DNA of 64,000 nt. Origin: an uncultured Acidobacteriota bacterium (GTDB lineage Bacteria; Acidobacteriota; Vicinamibacteria; Vicinamibacterales; UBA8438). Below the pieces are notes generated by a model that was given only the letters and a program-made list of their open reading frames with translations, ran no database searches and was not told the origin of the DNA. The stretch is from NCBI GenBank assembly GCA_913043225.1, contig CAJWLU010000001.1, forward strand, positions 376,865-440,864, given 5' to 3'. Both the position numbers and the translations under genes were made by a program. Below are positions 1-10,718 of the stretch, in pieces. How positions within the stretch are numbered: the first letter of the stretch is position 1; each line of letters starts with the position of its first letter.

Positions 1-510
1 TTGAAGCCGGTCCCGGTGCGTGTCGACGAGCTGAGCCTGCTCTCAGTCGACGCCTGGAAGATCAAGTGTCGAATCCGCAGTTCGAGCGGATTCTATGTTC
101 GAGCGCTGGCCCACGATCTCGGTCAACGACTCGGTTGCGGCGGCTGTCTCGAGGCGCTGACCCGGGAGACCCATGGCCGCTTCACCCTGGCCGACGCCGT
201 GCCGCTAGCGGAGATCGTCGACGACGAGGCCGCCCGGCATGAGATCAGGTCCCGGCTCACGACCCGTCTGATGAGGTTAGATACCCTGCTCCCTGAACTT
301 CCGGCGGTGCAGGTGACCGATGCCGGCGCACGACGCGCTCGCCACGGGAATGCGTTGCGCCCGGCCGATCTCACCGACGGCCCTCTCTCCGGTTCGACAC
401 CGGCCATCCGGGTCCTCGACAGCGACGGTCATTTGCTGTGCCTCGCAAAACCGGCGACGGGTGGACACCTGCAGCCGCAACTGGTACTGGCGACCATCGT
501 AAGGGAGTAA
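1..510 (+). CDS. truB: tRNA pseudouridine(55) synthase TruB, 5'-truncated by window edge
   Basis: SSGFYVRALAHDLGQRLGCGG..LTR motif, PUA-like C-terminus (HGN), upstream of rpsO-pnp. Confidence 0.93.
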   Translation: MKPVPVRVDELSLLSVDAWKIKCRIRSSSGFYVRALAHDLGQRLGCGGCLEALTRETHGRFTLADAVPLAEIVDDEAARHEIRSRLTTRLMRLDTLLPELPAVQVTDAGARRARHGNALRPADLTDGPLSGSTPAIRVLDSDGHLLCLAKPATGGHLQPQLVLATIVRE

Positions 511-589
511 GCGCAGGGTTGGTTCGATCGTCGCCGCTGGTGTACGATTAGGGGGTTGACTGAGAAGAAGGGATAACATCGTGACGACG

Positions 590-643
590 GCGGTTCGGAA
601 CCCGGCGGACCACAGCCGGGCACGTCTGGACCGTTCGCGGAGG
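590..643 (+). promoter_or_regulatory. candidate S15 autoregulatory leader
   Basis: Stem GCGGTTCGGA(590-599)/TCTGGACCGT(625-634) enclosing hairpin CCCGGC/GCCGGG (601-620), directly before SD GGAGG (639-643). Confidence 0.5.
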
Positions 644-652
644 TAACTAGCG

Positions 653-922
653 GTGGTGCTACAGAAGGAACAGAAGACCGAGCTCATCGGCTCGTATCAG
701 GTTCACAAGACCGACACCGGCTCTCCCGAAGTGCAGGTGGCCCTGCTCACCGAGCGGATCAGCTACCTCACCGAGCATTTCAAGACCCACGCGAAAGACC
801 ATCACTCGCGTCGGGGCCTGCTGAAGCTCGTTGGGCAGCGCCGCAGGCTCCTTGACTATCTCAAGGCCAAGGACTCAAATCGCTACGCCGACCTGATCAA
901 CCGGCTGGGTATCCGCAAGTAG
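653..922 (+). CDS. rpsO: 30S ribosomal protein S15
   Basis: [13 protein letters not shown]...[23 protein letters not shown]. Confidence 0.99.
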   Translation: MVLQKEQKTELIGSYQVHKTDTGSPEVQVALLTERISYLTEHFKTHAKDHHSRRGLLKLVGQRRRLLDYLKAKDSNRYADLINRLGIRK

Positions 923-1131
923 CGGACCGGTCGGACCTCACGTTTTCCCGCTTCCTCGGTTCTCTGGGAGCCAGTCATGAAGGCCCACGCGGTACTCTAC
1001 CGGCGTTCTGTATCGGCACACGAGGCGGGCGGTGACGCCAGACGCTCTGGTGCGTATGGCGTCCGGCCACAGCGCGAACGGGCCGGGGAACCGACCTCAC
1101 GATATCTCGGCACGTGTAGTGGAGTGACATC

Positions 1132-3243
1132 ATGCAAACAGGCGAAGTAAACGTCGGCGGCCGCCCGTTGACCATCGAAACCGGTAAGCTGGCCAAACAG
1201 GCCAACGGATCGGTCATTGTGAGACAGGGAGACACCATGGTGCTCGTGACGGCGTGCTATGCGCCCAACGAGCGGGAGGGCATCGACTTTCTTCCCCTGA
1301 CCGTGGACTATCGCGAGAACACCTACGCCTCAGGACGAATCCCCGGAGGCTTCTTCAAGCGAGAGGGCAAACCTCCTGAAAAAGAGGTCCTGACGAGCCG
1401 TCTTATCGACCGGCCGATTCGCCCGCTCTTCCCGGATGGATGGCGGCGAGAGACCCAGGTAGTTGCCTTCGTCATCTCCGCGGACAAGGAGAACGACTCG
1501 GACGTGCTGGCGCTCACAGGCGCGTCCGCTGCGCTCGCGCTCTCTGAAGTTCCATTCCAGGCAACGATTGCCGCTGTGCGTGTCGGTCTCGTCGATGACG
1601 AGCTCATCATCAACCCGACCTACGAACAGCGGCGACAGGGACGGCTCGACCTCACGGTCGCGGGGAGCAAGGATGCGCTCGTCATGGTCGAAGCGGGGGC
1701 AAAGGAAGTCTCCGAAGAAGACATGGTGCGGGCACTCGATGCAGGCCATGCTGCCATCCGAGACATCATCGGCACGATCGATACGCTGGCTGCCAGCGCG
1801 GGCAAGGCAAAACTTGAGATCAGTGCCCCCACACCGGATCCGGAGGTCACCTCGGAGGTCGAAGCCAAGCTGCTTGGTCCACTGGCAGACGCCATGCGGA
1901 TCCAGGACAAGCTGGAGAGCTACGCGGCGGTCGACAAGGTCCTGAACGACCACCTAAAAACACTTCCGGAAGAGGACTCCGCTCGCCGCGCCGACACCAA
2001 GTCGGTCTTCAAGGCGCTCAAGGAAAAAGTACTGCGAGACGAAATACTGGACCGCGGTCAGCGTCTGGACGGTCGGGCATTTGACGAGATCAGGACGATC
2101 ACGTGCGATGTGGGCCTGCTCCCGCGCGCGCACGGATCAGCGGTGTTCACCCGGGGTGAAACCCAGGCGCTGGTCACCTCCACACTCGGCACGGCTGACG
2201 ACCAACAAAAGGTCGAAATGGTCGACGGCGAGATCTACCGGCGCTTCATGCTGCACTACAACTTTCCACCATTTTCGGTGGGTGAGGTCAAGTTTCTCAG
2301 GGGCCCGGGCCGCCGAGAGATCGGTCACGGGAACCTGGCCGAGCGCAGCCTGCTGCCGGTCGTACCCGGCGAGGAGACCTTCCCGTACACCGTAAGAGTC
2401 GTCTCCGACATCCTCGAGTCGAACGGCTCGTCATCGATGGCGTCGGTGTGCGGCGGCACGCTTGCCATGATGGACGCCGGCGTCCCCCTGAAGGCGCCGG
2501 TGGCGGGCGTGGCCATGGGCCTCATTCTGGATGAGGCGACCGGCCGGCACGCCGTCCTGAGCGACATCGCCGGGGCCGAAGACCACTACGGTGACATGGA
2601 CTTCAAGGTAGCCGGCACCGCCGATGGCATCACGGCGCTACAGATGGACATCAAGGTCGGCGGCATCACGGGCGACATCATGCGTCAGGCACTGGCCCAG
2701 GCCCGCGCAGGTCGCATACACATCCTCGAGCGGATGGCCGCCACGCTGCAGGATCCGCGTGAGACCATCTCCACCCACGCGCCGCGTATCGTGACGATCC
2801 AGATTCCGGTCGACAAGATCCGTGACATTATCGGCCCGGGTGGCAAGACCATTCGCAGCATCGTTCAGCGCACCGGGGTCAAGATCGACGTCGAGGACGA
2901 CGGTCGGGTCAACGTGGCGTCGAGTGACGATGAGTCGGCACAGAAGGCCCTCTCGATCATCGAAGAACTGACGGCCACACCGGAGCTGAACAAGAGCTAC
3001 CTCGGCACGGTGCAGCGGATCACCGACTTCGGCGCGTTTGTCGAAGTTCTCCCAGGAGTTGACGGACTCCTCCACATCTCCGAAATCGCCCACTATCGGG
3101 TGAAGGAGGTACGCGACGAGCTCCAGGAGGGAGACCAGGTGCTCGTGAAGGTGATCAACGTCGACCCGTCAGGAAAAATCCGCCTGAGCCGGAAGGCACT
3201 GCTGGACAAATCGGAAGCTGCCGGAAAGCCGACGCAGTCGTAA
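1132..3243 (+). CDS. pnp: polyribonucleotide nucleotidyltransferase (PNPase)
   Basis: [40 protein letters not shown] and S1 domains. Confidence 0.99.
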   Translation: MQTGEVNVGGRPLTIETGKLAKQANGSVIVRQGDTMVLVTACYAPNEREGIDFLPLTVDYRENTYASGRIPGGFFKREGKPPEKEVLTSRLIDRPIRPLFPDGWRRETQVVAFVISADKENDSDVLALTGASAALALSEVPFQATIAAVRVGLVDDELIINPTYEQRRQGRLDLTVAGSKDALVMVEAGAKEVSEEDMVRALDAGHAAIRDIIGTIDTLAASAGKAKLEISAPTPDPEVTSEVEAKLLGPLADAMRIQDKLESYAAVDKVLNDHLKTLPEEDSARRADTKSVFKALKEKVLRDEILDRGQRLDGRAFDEIRTITCDVGLLPRAHGSAVFTRGETQALVTSTLGTADDQQKVEMVDGEIYRRFMLHYNFPPFSVGEVKFLRGPGRREIGHGNLAERSLLPVVPGEETFPYTVRVVSDILESNGSSSMASVCGGTLAMMDAGVPLKAPVAGVAMGLILDEATGRHAVLSDIAGAEDHYGDMDFKVAGTADGITALQMDIKVGGITGDIMRQALAQARAGRIHILERMAATLQDPRETISTHAPRIVTIQIPVDKIRDIIGPGGKTIRSIVQRTGVKIDVEDDGRVNVASSDDESAQKALSIIEELTATPELNKSYLGTVQRITDFGAFVEVLPGVDGLLHISEIAHYRVKEVRDELQEGDQVLVKVINVDPSGKIRLSRKALLDKSEAAGKPTQS

Positions 3244-3244
3244 C

Positions 3245-4366
3245 CTAGCCGGCTCCCGACGGATTCGCCAGCTGGGACAGCCGGCGGTCAAGCGGTGGGT
3301 GGCTGTGCCAGAACAGCTCCACCATGCGGGATGGGCTGGGTTCGGCGAGGTGCTGCTCGCCAAGCCGGCGCAGGCTCGAGGCAAGCGCCGCAGGCTCGCT
3401 GCAGTAGCGCAACGCAAACCGATCGGCCCGCCGCTCGTGACGACGCGACAGCGCGTGTCCGAGCGGCGCGGCCACGATCGCGATCCCCCCGGCGGCCAGC
3501 CCCATCAGCGGCAGCGAAGCCAGGTCGGTTGCCCCGGTCACTCCCACCAACGGCCCTGCCATTGTCGCCACACGGCCCGCGGTCCATAGCGCGGCAAGCG
3601 CCACCCCGAGCTCGTAGATCGCCGTCTGCCAGAGATCCAGGTGGACGTGGTGGCCCAGCTCGTGGGCCGTCACCGCCTCGATCTCTGCATCCGAGTAGTC
3701 GCTGAGGAATGTCTCCGAGAGCAGAATCTGTCGGCCGGCGCCGAACCCGACGAGCAGGGCGTACGCGCGACGGCCGGGCTGTCCTACCAACAGCTCGGCG
3801 ACCGGAATCGGCGGAACGCCGACGCGCTCCGCCAGCGCCGTAAGTCGGCGTTGTAAGGCCGGGCGCTCCAGGGGCCGGGTGGTTGAGACCCACGGAAGGA
3901 TCCAGCCTGGCGCCAAGGTGGTAATCGCGAGCGTAGTCAACGAGAACAGCACCCCGCACACGACCCACCACACCTGGGGCCACCAGAACCGAGCCGTGAA
4001 GACGACCGTCGCGGCAACCGCCACCAGTGCCACGTTCAATACCGAGGTGGTGAGCGTAGTTCTCAACCAGCTGAACGCGCGGGGCTCGGACAACCGGTAG
4101 CGTCGCTCCAGGATGACGCCCTGATAGAACCGAAACGGAAAGAGCCACGCCTCGAGGGCGAGCCAAACAAGCCCGCCGTAGCAAGTCGGCCCATACCAGG
4201 GGGAGGCCCCGCCCGGACCGCCGGGCCAGAGAGTGAGCGTATCTCGCAGGGAAGCGGCGCCCCCCTCGACGAGGAACCCAACCAGGAGAGTCAATCCGCC
4301 AAGCACCGCGCCCGAACGGGCGCGACGACGCTGCCGGTGATAGCGAGTGGACTTGCCTTCGTTCAC
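3245..4366 (-). CDS. M48 family (Ste24/HtpX-like) membrane metallopeptidase
   Basis: Multiple TM segments, HELGH zinc motif, ERRADRFA third ligand, HSHPP.RR motif. Confidence 0.88.
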   Translation of the reverse strand: MNEGKSTRYHRQRRRARSGAVLGGLTLLVGFLVEGGAASLRDTLTLWPGGPGGASPWYGPTCYGGLVWLALEAWLFPFRFYQGVILERRYRLSEPRAFSWLRTTLTTSVLNVALVAVAATVVFTARFWWPQVWWVVCGVLFSLTTLAITTLAPGWILPWVSTTRPLERPALQRRLTALAERVGVPPIPVAELLVGQPGRRAYALLVGFGAGRQILLSETFLSDYSDAEIEAVTAHELGHHVHLDLWQTAIYELGVALAALWTAGRVATMAGPLVGVTGATDLASLPLMGLAAGGIAIVAAPLGHALSRRHERRADRFALRYCSEPAALASSLRRLGEQHLAEPSPSRMVELFWHSHPPLDRRLSQLANPSGAG

Positions 4367-4394
4367 GGCCGGTCGGCGGCAGGTCGTCTATGGA

Positions 4395-7300
4395 TTACGC
4401 CTGCCCGAGTTGCACCGAAATCAACTTCGAGACTCCGGGCTCCTCCATGGTCACGCCATACATCCTGTCGGCGATCTCCATCGTCTTACGATTGTGGGTA
4501 ACGAGGATGAACTGGGTGTCAGTCTGCATCCCGCGAAGCATCTGCACGAACCGGCCGATGTTCGCCTCATCGAGCGGCGCGTCGATCTCGTCAAGGAGAC
4601 AGAATGGGCTCGGCCTGTACTTGAAGATGGCGAACATCAGTGCCATCGCCGACAACGCCTTCTCGCCGCCAGAGAGCAGCTGAATGCTCTGGAGGCGCTT
4701 CCCCGGGGGCTGGGCGATGATGTCGATCCCGCTCTCGAGCAGATCACTCTCGTCGAGCAGGACGAGCCCGGCGCGCCCTCCACCAAAAAGCGTAGAGAAC
4801 GTCTTCTGAAAATGGAGATTGATCGCATCGAATGCCTCGCGGAACCGCTCCCGCGTCGTCCGATTGATCCGCGCGATGGCATCACCGGTAGCCTTGATCG
4901 ACTCGACCAGATCCTGCCGCTGCGTGGTGAGAAACTCGTAGCGCTGATCGAGGTCGTCGAACTCCTCGATGGCCATCATATTCACCGGCCCCATCCGATC
5001 GATCTTGTCCTTCAGCGCGGCAATGCTCTCTTCCACGCTCATGGGCCCGAGCCGCGTAGAGGCGTCGTCAGAGACCGCCTCACTATCTGATTCCTGAGCC
5101 TCGCCAGCAACCTCATCGTCCTCTTCACCCGCGCTAGGCTCGATAGAAATATTGACGACGTCGGCACTGACCAAGCCCTCGGCTTCCAGCTCGGTCATCC
5201 GGGTGGTGACTTCGGCCAGACTCATCTGCAACGTGTCCCGGCAACTTTCTTCGAGATGCCCCAGGTCACTCTCGGCGGTCGCGCGAGCCACATCAAGCTC
5301 GGCGACATGCGAACGCATCTCCTCCCGGTACGTCCTGGCCTCGCGCACCTCGCCTTCCCGGCCCTCAAGACTGGCTCGTAGGCTGAGTACCTGCTCGTCG
5401 GCCGTCTGCACGGCCGCCCGCAGGTCAGTCAGCCCGGCAATGTCGGCATCGAGCTGCTGCTTAGAACCTGCCACGGTCTCGATCAAAGCGGTACGCTCGG
5501 TACCCGCACGCGCATGATCCGCCGCCCGACGCTCCAGACGGCCTTCGAGTTCCTGACCGACCAGCTCGAGGCGCAATGCCGTTGCCTCGAGCGCCGACGC
5601 GCGCTCGACCAACGCGGCATGCGCCGCCTTGGCCTCGGCTACCTCGGTGCCCAGGGTGTCGATCGACTCGCGGGCGTCCATTACGCGACGCTGCGCGGCA
5701 GTCAGCTTCTCGTCGGCGGCTCGCTGCTCCGCCTCAAGTCTCGCGATGGACGTCTCGGCGTCGGTGCGACGCGTGTCGAGTGCCGACAGCTCTTCGTCCG
5801 TAGTCCGGCGCTCGGTCTCGATCACTTCACGCTTCCGCTCGAGACGCTCAGCGTCCTCGTCATGCGCCGCGCGCTGCATCTCGTGTCCGAGCAGCGCCTT
5901 CTCCTGCTGATGGCGTTCCTCCTGGAGTTTCTCGAGGCCTTCCTCGGTCTGCCTGACCGTGAACCCCAGCTGCGTGATCTCGGCGTTGAGCACCTCCACC
6001 TGGTATCGCTCGGATTCGATCCGCCCCTCCAACTCGCGGAGCTCTCGCTTCGTCGCGAGGATACCCAGACCGTCCTCGCTTGCTCCCCCGCTGACCAGTG
6101 TCCGCCCCCGGAACACGTCACCCTCCGGGCTGGCGACCGGAGCCGTCGTCTCCAACGCCGCTTGCGCCGCAGCCTCGAACGAGTCGGCGAGCCAGTGCCC
6201 GGCCAGAGTCGAGCGGATAGCAGCGGCATCGGGGCCGCTCACTCGGACGACGTCCGACACCGGGCGCACACCGGGCGCGGGGGGCGCCGGCGTCGCAGCC
6301 TCGACGGGAGCGTCTGCCACCAAGAACCCCACCCGGCCCGCACCATGTCGGCGCGCCGCCTCGAGACCAGCCTGCGCATCAGCCCGTGAGGCCACGATTA
6401 CGTGCTGCAGCAGGTCGCCCAGACACGCCTCGACCCCACGCTCCAGACCAGGGTCCACCTCGAGATGGTCGGCCACGGCGCCCAGGTGCCTGACGCCCGC
6501 CCCGCCGTCCGCCAACAGCGAACGAGCCGCATCCGAGTACCCGGCGCGGCTCTTCTCGAGATCGCGCAGCGAGGTCAATCGCCCATCGAGCGCCGCCAGT
6601 TGCTGCTCGCGCTCTCGCAGCGCGCCTACCCGTGTCTCGCGAGTGTTGCGAAGCGATGCCAGCTCGGCATCCCGTGCCGCGATGGCCGACTCGAGCCGCT
6701 CCAGTTCACCACGGGTAGTCCGCTCCTCCTCTGACACCTGCCGGCGCGCCTGATCGAGGAACTCGGTCTCCGTCGCTAGATCCCTTGATTCGGCATCGAG
6801 CTTGGCCACGACTTCGCCGAGTCTCGTCTGCCCGGCGGTCGCGTGCTCGACCGCATGCCGCAGTGCCGTCACCGCATTGATAACCGCGAAGACCTCGTTT
6901 CTCGCCGCCTCGACGTCGCCTTCAAGCCCTTCGAGTGCCTGCTGCGCCTCGACCAGAGACTGTTCCTTCCGCCGCAGGGTCGTGCCAACCTCGTCGCGCT
7001 CGGTACCGCAGCGCTCGGCGTCGGCCGCGTGCGCATCGAGCTCACGGCGCGCCGGCTCACGGCGCGCGCGGAGATCTTCGAGCTCCTCCCTCAGTTCGGT
7101 TAGCGTCACCGCCAGCGTATCGATCTGCTGGCTGTCGTAGGTAATCTGCTGCTGCCGTCGCTCGACCTCCAGTTCGCGGGCATGGGCAGCGTCGCGCGCC
7201 GAGGTTGCGCCCGTCTCGGCCTCGGTTAACTCGATCTGACAGCGCTCCCGCTCCCCCTCGACTCGGGCCAGTTCTGCGGCCGCCGCCTCGTCGCGCTCGC

Positions 7301-8141
7301 GGGCAGCCTCCAGCCGGCGCCGCGCCGCCTCGATCGCGTCGGCCAACGCACGCTGGCGACGGGCAAACCCCACCGTCTCCCACCGCCGCAGCTCCTCACG
7401 AAGGCGCCGGTAGCGACGAGCCTTGGCAGCCTGTCTTTTGAGCGACCGGCGCTGCTTCTCGACCTCATAAATGATGTCGTCAACCCGAGTCAGGTTCTGT
7501 TCCGCCGCCTCCAACTTGAGTTCTGCAGCGCGGCGGCGGCTCTTGTACTTGGTGACCCCTGCCGCTTCTTCGAGCAGCTGGCGACGCTCGGTCGGGCGAG
7601 CCCCAAGGATCTGTCCGATCTTGCCCTGCTCGATCACCGCGTAGGCCTTGACTCCGACCCCGGAATCCATCAGCAGGTCCTGCACGTCGCGCAGCCGGCA
7701 GACCTTGCCATCGATCAGGTACTCGCTCTCGCCAGATCGGTACAGCCGGCGGCCGACCTCGACATCCCGGGTGATGAGCGGGAGCAGGTCGTCGACGTCC
7801 TCGTCGTCGGTCGCGGTTGGAGCGGCAGCCTCTTCGTCGGCCTGTGCATCGACGCCGCCGACCGTGCCAGGAGCAGCGTTGACCTTGGCCAGGAACAGCT
7901 TCACCTCGGCGGTGCCGGTCGGTTTCCGGGCATCGCTCCCGCCGAAGATCACGTCCTCCATACGCTCGCCACGGAGACTCTTGGCGCTCTGCTCGCCCAG
8001 CACCCAGGTGATGGCATCGATGACGTTGCTCTTACCGCACCCATTAGGGCCCACGATGGCGGTCACGCCATCGTCAAAGGCCAGATTGGCCCGCTCGGGA
8101 AAGCTCTTAAAACCGAAGATTTCGAGGCTCTGCAGACGCAT
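4395..8141 (-). CDS. smc: chromosome segregation protein SMC
   Basis: GPNGCGKSN Walker A, coiled coils and hinge, LSGGEK signature, LDEIDAPLD. Confidence 0.98.
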   Translation of the reverse strand: MRLQSLEIFGFKSFPERANLAFDDGVTAIVGPNGCGKSNVIDAITWVLGEQSAKSLRGERMEDVIFGGSDARKPTGTAEVKLFLAKVNAAPGTVGGVDAQADEEAAAPTATDDEDVDDLLPLITRDVEVGRRLYRSGESEYLIDGKVCRLRDVQDLLMDSGVGVKAYAVIEQGKIGQILGARPTERRQLLEEAAGVTKYKSRRRAAELKLEAAEQNLTRVDDIIYEVEKQRRSLKRQAAKARRYRRLREELRRWETVGFARRQRALADAIEAARRRLEAARERDEAAAAELARVEGERERCQIELTEAETGATSARDAAHARELEVERRQQQITYDSQQIDTLAVTLTELREELEDLRARREPARRELDAHAADAERCGTERDEVGTTLRRKEQSLVEAQQALEGLEGDVEAARNEVFAVINAVTALRHAVEHATAGQTRLGEVVAKLDAESRDLATETEFLDQARRQVSEEERTTRGELERLESAIAARDAELASLRNTRETRVGALREREQQLAALDGRLTSLRDLEKSRAGYSDAARSLLADGGAGVRHLGAVADHLEVDPGLERGVEACLGDLLQHVIVASRADAQAGLEAARRHGAGRVGFLVADAPVEAATPAPPAPGVRPVSDVVRVSGPDAAAIRSTLAGHWLADSFEAAAQAALETTAPVASPEGDVFRGRTLVSGGASEDGLGILATKRELRELEGRIESERYQVEVLNAEITQLGFTVRQTEEGLEKLQEERHQQEKALLGHEMQRAAHDEDAERLERKREVIETERRTTDEELSALDTRRTDAETSIARLEAEQRAADEKLTAAQRRVMDARESIDTLGTEVAEAKAAHAALVERASALEATALRLELVGQELEGRLERRAADHARAGTERTALIETVAGSKQQLDADIAGLTDLRAAVQTADEQVLSLRASLEGREGEVREARTYREEMRSHVAELDVARATAESDLGHLEESCRDTLQMSLAEVTTRMTELEAEGLVSADVVNISIEPSAGEEDDEVAGEAQESDSEAVSDDASTRLGPMSVEESIAALKDKIDRMGPVNMMAIEEFDDLDQRYEFLTTQRQDLVESIKATGDAIARINRTTRERFREAFDAINLHFQKTFSTLFGGGRAGLVLLDESDLLESGIDIIAQPPGKRLQSIQLLSGGEKALSAMALMFAIFKYRPSPFCLLDEIDAPLDEANIGRFVQMLRGMQTDTQFILVTHNRKTMEIADRMYGVTMEEPGVSKLISVQLGQA

Positions 8142-8417
8142 CGGACAGGCTCACTCCCCGTTGCCGGACCGCCTCGGCGGCGATTCCAGCGTACACGACA
8201 ACAGCCGCTCGTAAGTGGAGTGCGGGCACCCCGTGTAAGCGGCTGGGATCGATCCGAAACAGGCAGACGACAACGGGACGGACAGGTCGGGTCGGCAGCG
8301 GACAAGCCGCCTCGAAGGAAGCGGCCCGCTCAGACCCATCGACGAAGACGCATCGGCGAAAAGCGAATCAACGCTGAGTTGGACACGCCCGCCTGAGCGC
8401 GTCAAGGACCAAACAGG

Positions 8418-8446
8418 AGTGTACCAGGGCCGCGCGCGGTGGACAA
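8418..8446 (-). promoter_or_regulatory. sigma70-type promoter for smc
   Basis: Minus strand TTGTCC-17nt-TACACT with extended -10 TGn. Confidence 0.65.
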
Positions 8447-8450
8447 CCCG

Positions 8451-10082
8451 TTACCGGAGCGCCGCCACGACTGCGCCCCCCTGCGACACCTCGAGCAGAC
8501 GCTCAGCCTCGTCGAACTGAGTCAGGGCGAACTGGGCCTGAGGGTCGCTGAAGGTGAGGTTACGGCGTGCCTCCTCGACACCGAACAGAGCCAGGTCGAT
8601 CTCGAAGTGGAGCTTGGCCTTGATGAAATCGAGGTTCTCCGCAAACGCTTCGTCCTCAACGGTCAGCCCTCGGGACTCGAGCTGCGTCCTGAACTCGGCC
8701 AGCATCTCGTCGTCCACCTCGAAACCGGGCGACACGTAGCGTCGGTCGCGACCCACGGCCTGGATCCGATTGTCTCCCACGGCGAGGAACCGCTCAGCGA
8801 AGAACGCGAACTCCTGCCGCGCCGCCAGGAACCGGCCAAAATCGGAGGGATCGAAACCGTCGATCGGCCCAGCCATGAAGTAATCCGGCTCGACCCCACC
8901 ACCGCCATACACCTCCCGGCCGCTGTCGGTAAATCGCCGCTCGCTGACATCGCGAGACGCCGGCTCCTGGTCCCTGAGCGAGTAGGTCAGATACTCGTCG
9001 AAGGCATCATCCCACGGCCGCTGAATCATGCGGCCGCTCGGCGTGTAGTAGCGCGCGGTCGTCAGCGCCAGACCCGCTTCCTGGCTGACCCGGTAGATCG
9101 ACTGGACCAGCGCCTTGCCGAACGTGGTCTCGCCCACCACGAGCCCGCGGTCGTGATCCTGTATCGCGCCCGACACGATCTCAGAGGCGCTCGCGCTGTT
9201 GCGGTTGACGAGGACCACCAGTGGTATGTCCATGTGGTCGCCATCGTCGCGCGCGTGGTAGTCCTGGTCAGAATTCTGGATGCGGCCCCTGGTGTAGACG
9301 ATCAGGTCACCGCGCGGCAGGAACTCGTTCGAGACCCGGATCGCTTGGTCGAGCGGTCCGCCTGGATTGTCCCGGAGATCCAGCAGCAGGCGCTCCATGC
9401 CCAGCTCATCGAGCCTGGCCAGCGCCTCGCGCAACTCGGCCGAGCTGGTTTCAGAGAAGTCGCCCAAACGCAGATAGCCAACCGACTGGTCGACCATGAA
9501 AGCGCCCTCGACGGTGGGGATGTTAATCTCGTCCCGCTCGACCTCTAGGTCGATCAATTCGTCGTAGCCGCGACGGCGGATAGAGACCATGACGGTACTG
9601 CCCCTCGGGCCGCGCAGCTGGTTGACCGCCTCCTGACTAGTGATGCCGGTGGCGTCCTCACCCGAGATCCTGGCAATCACGTCCCCCCGACGGATGCCCT
9701 TCCGGTAGGCGGGCGATCCCTCGAAGAGATTCATGACCGTGATACCGCCATCGATGACGTTGATCGAGATGCCGAGGCCGTAGTAGCGGCCTTCCTGCCG
9801 CTCTCTCAGCTGGGCGTAGGACCGCGGATCCATGAAGCTCGAGTGCGGATCGAGCGTCTGCAACATGCCACCGATGGCGCGGTAGACGAGCTGCTCGGAA
9901 TCGGCCTCGCCGACATACGTGGTCTCGATCGCGGCTAACGCGGTCGTAAACGTGTTGAACTGCTCATCGAGACTGTCCTGACCGGCCAAGACCTGGCCGC
10001 CGAACAACCCGCCGGCCACCGCTGCAAGTACGACTACCGCCACGGTCATCGTCAGAGCGCTCAAGCCACGCGTCCCATTCAT
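8451..10082 (-). CDS. S41 family C-terminal processing protease (PDZ)
   Basis: Signal peptide, LDPHS, GLGI PDZ loop, DLRDNPGG, SASASE, TFGK. Confidence 0.95.
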   Translation of the reverse strand: MNGTRGLSALTMTVAVVVLAAVAGGLFGGQVLAGQDSLDEQFNTFTTALAAIETTYVGEADSEQLVYRAIGGMLQTLDPHSSFMDPRSYAQLRERQEGRYYGLGISINVIDGGITVMNLFEGSPAYRKGIRRGDVIARISGEDATGITSQEAVNQLRGPRGSTVMVSIRRRGYDELIDLEVERDEINIPTVEGAFMVDQSVGYLRLGDFSETSSAELREALARLDELGMERLLLDLRDNPGGPLDQAIRVSNEFLPRGDLIVYTRGRIQNSDQDYHARDDGDHMDIPLVVLVNRNSASASEIVSGAIQDHDRGLVVGETTFGKALVQSIYRVSQEAGLALTTARYYTPSGRMIQRPWDDAFDEYLTYSLRDQEPASRDVSERRFTDSGREVYGGGGVEPDYFMAGPIDGFDPSDFGRFLAARQEFAFFAERFLAVGDNRIQAVGRDRRYVSPGFEVDDEMLAEFRTQLESRGLTVEDEAFAENLDFIKAKLHFEIDLALFGVEEARRNLTFSDPQAQFALTQFDEAERLLEVSQGGAVVAALR

Positions 10083-10329
10083 AGGTATGATGCTAACAGA
10101 TATGCTGGGGTCCTCAGGGACAAAGGTAGCCCGAGTTCCCTCGAAACCCGTACCACTGCACCGTCGAAGAACTGGACCCGCCAGGCTGGTCGTTCCTATA
10201 ATGTGAGGACCGAGATGTGAGGGGTGTCCGATACAGGTTCGACACCGTAGCTGCCAACGGGACAGACGTGCCGCCCCGCCGTGGCGTTACCTCGGGACGC
10301 GGACGACGCACAGAGAGGGAGTCGCGATC

Positions 10330-10689
10330 ATGTTTGGTTCGATCGGGATGTCGGAATTGCTCATCATCTTCGTGATCGCATTGATCGTTTTCGGGCCGAG
10401 GAAGCTCCCGGAATTGGGACGGTCTCTAGGCAAGAGCCTCGGCGAGTTCAAGCGGGCGTCGAACGACCTCCGGAACACGCTAGAGGAAGAAATCAACGTC
10501 GAGGATCAGGCTCGCAAGACCGAGCAGTCGACGGCGCCAGAGCCGGCCGCGAGCATGCCTCCCGAAGACCCCGATCGTGAGGACGTCCAGCATCTAGGCA
10601 CCCAGGCCGGGCACGAGTCCAACAAGGCAGCGCCGACCACGGCCAATGCCGACTCGACGTCTGATCAGGCTCCAACCACCGCCGTCTGA
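10330..10689 (+). CDS. tatA: twin-arginine translocase TatA/TatB family subunit
   Basis: ELLIIFVIALIVFGPRKLPELGRSLGK; adjacent to tatC; TatA vs TatB not resolvable by eye. Confidence 0.88.
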   Translation: MFGSIGMSELLIIFVIALIVFGPRKLPELGRSLGKSLGEFKRASNDLRNTLEEEINVEDQARKTEQSTAPEPAASMPPEDPDREDVQHLGTQAGHESNKAAPTTANADSTSDQAPTTAV

Positions 10690-10718
10690 CTGCGTCGCGT
10701 TCGCCGGCACCTCACTCC

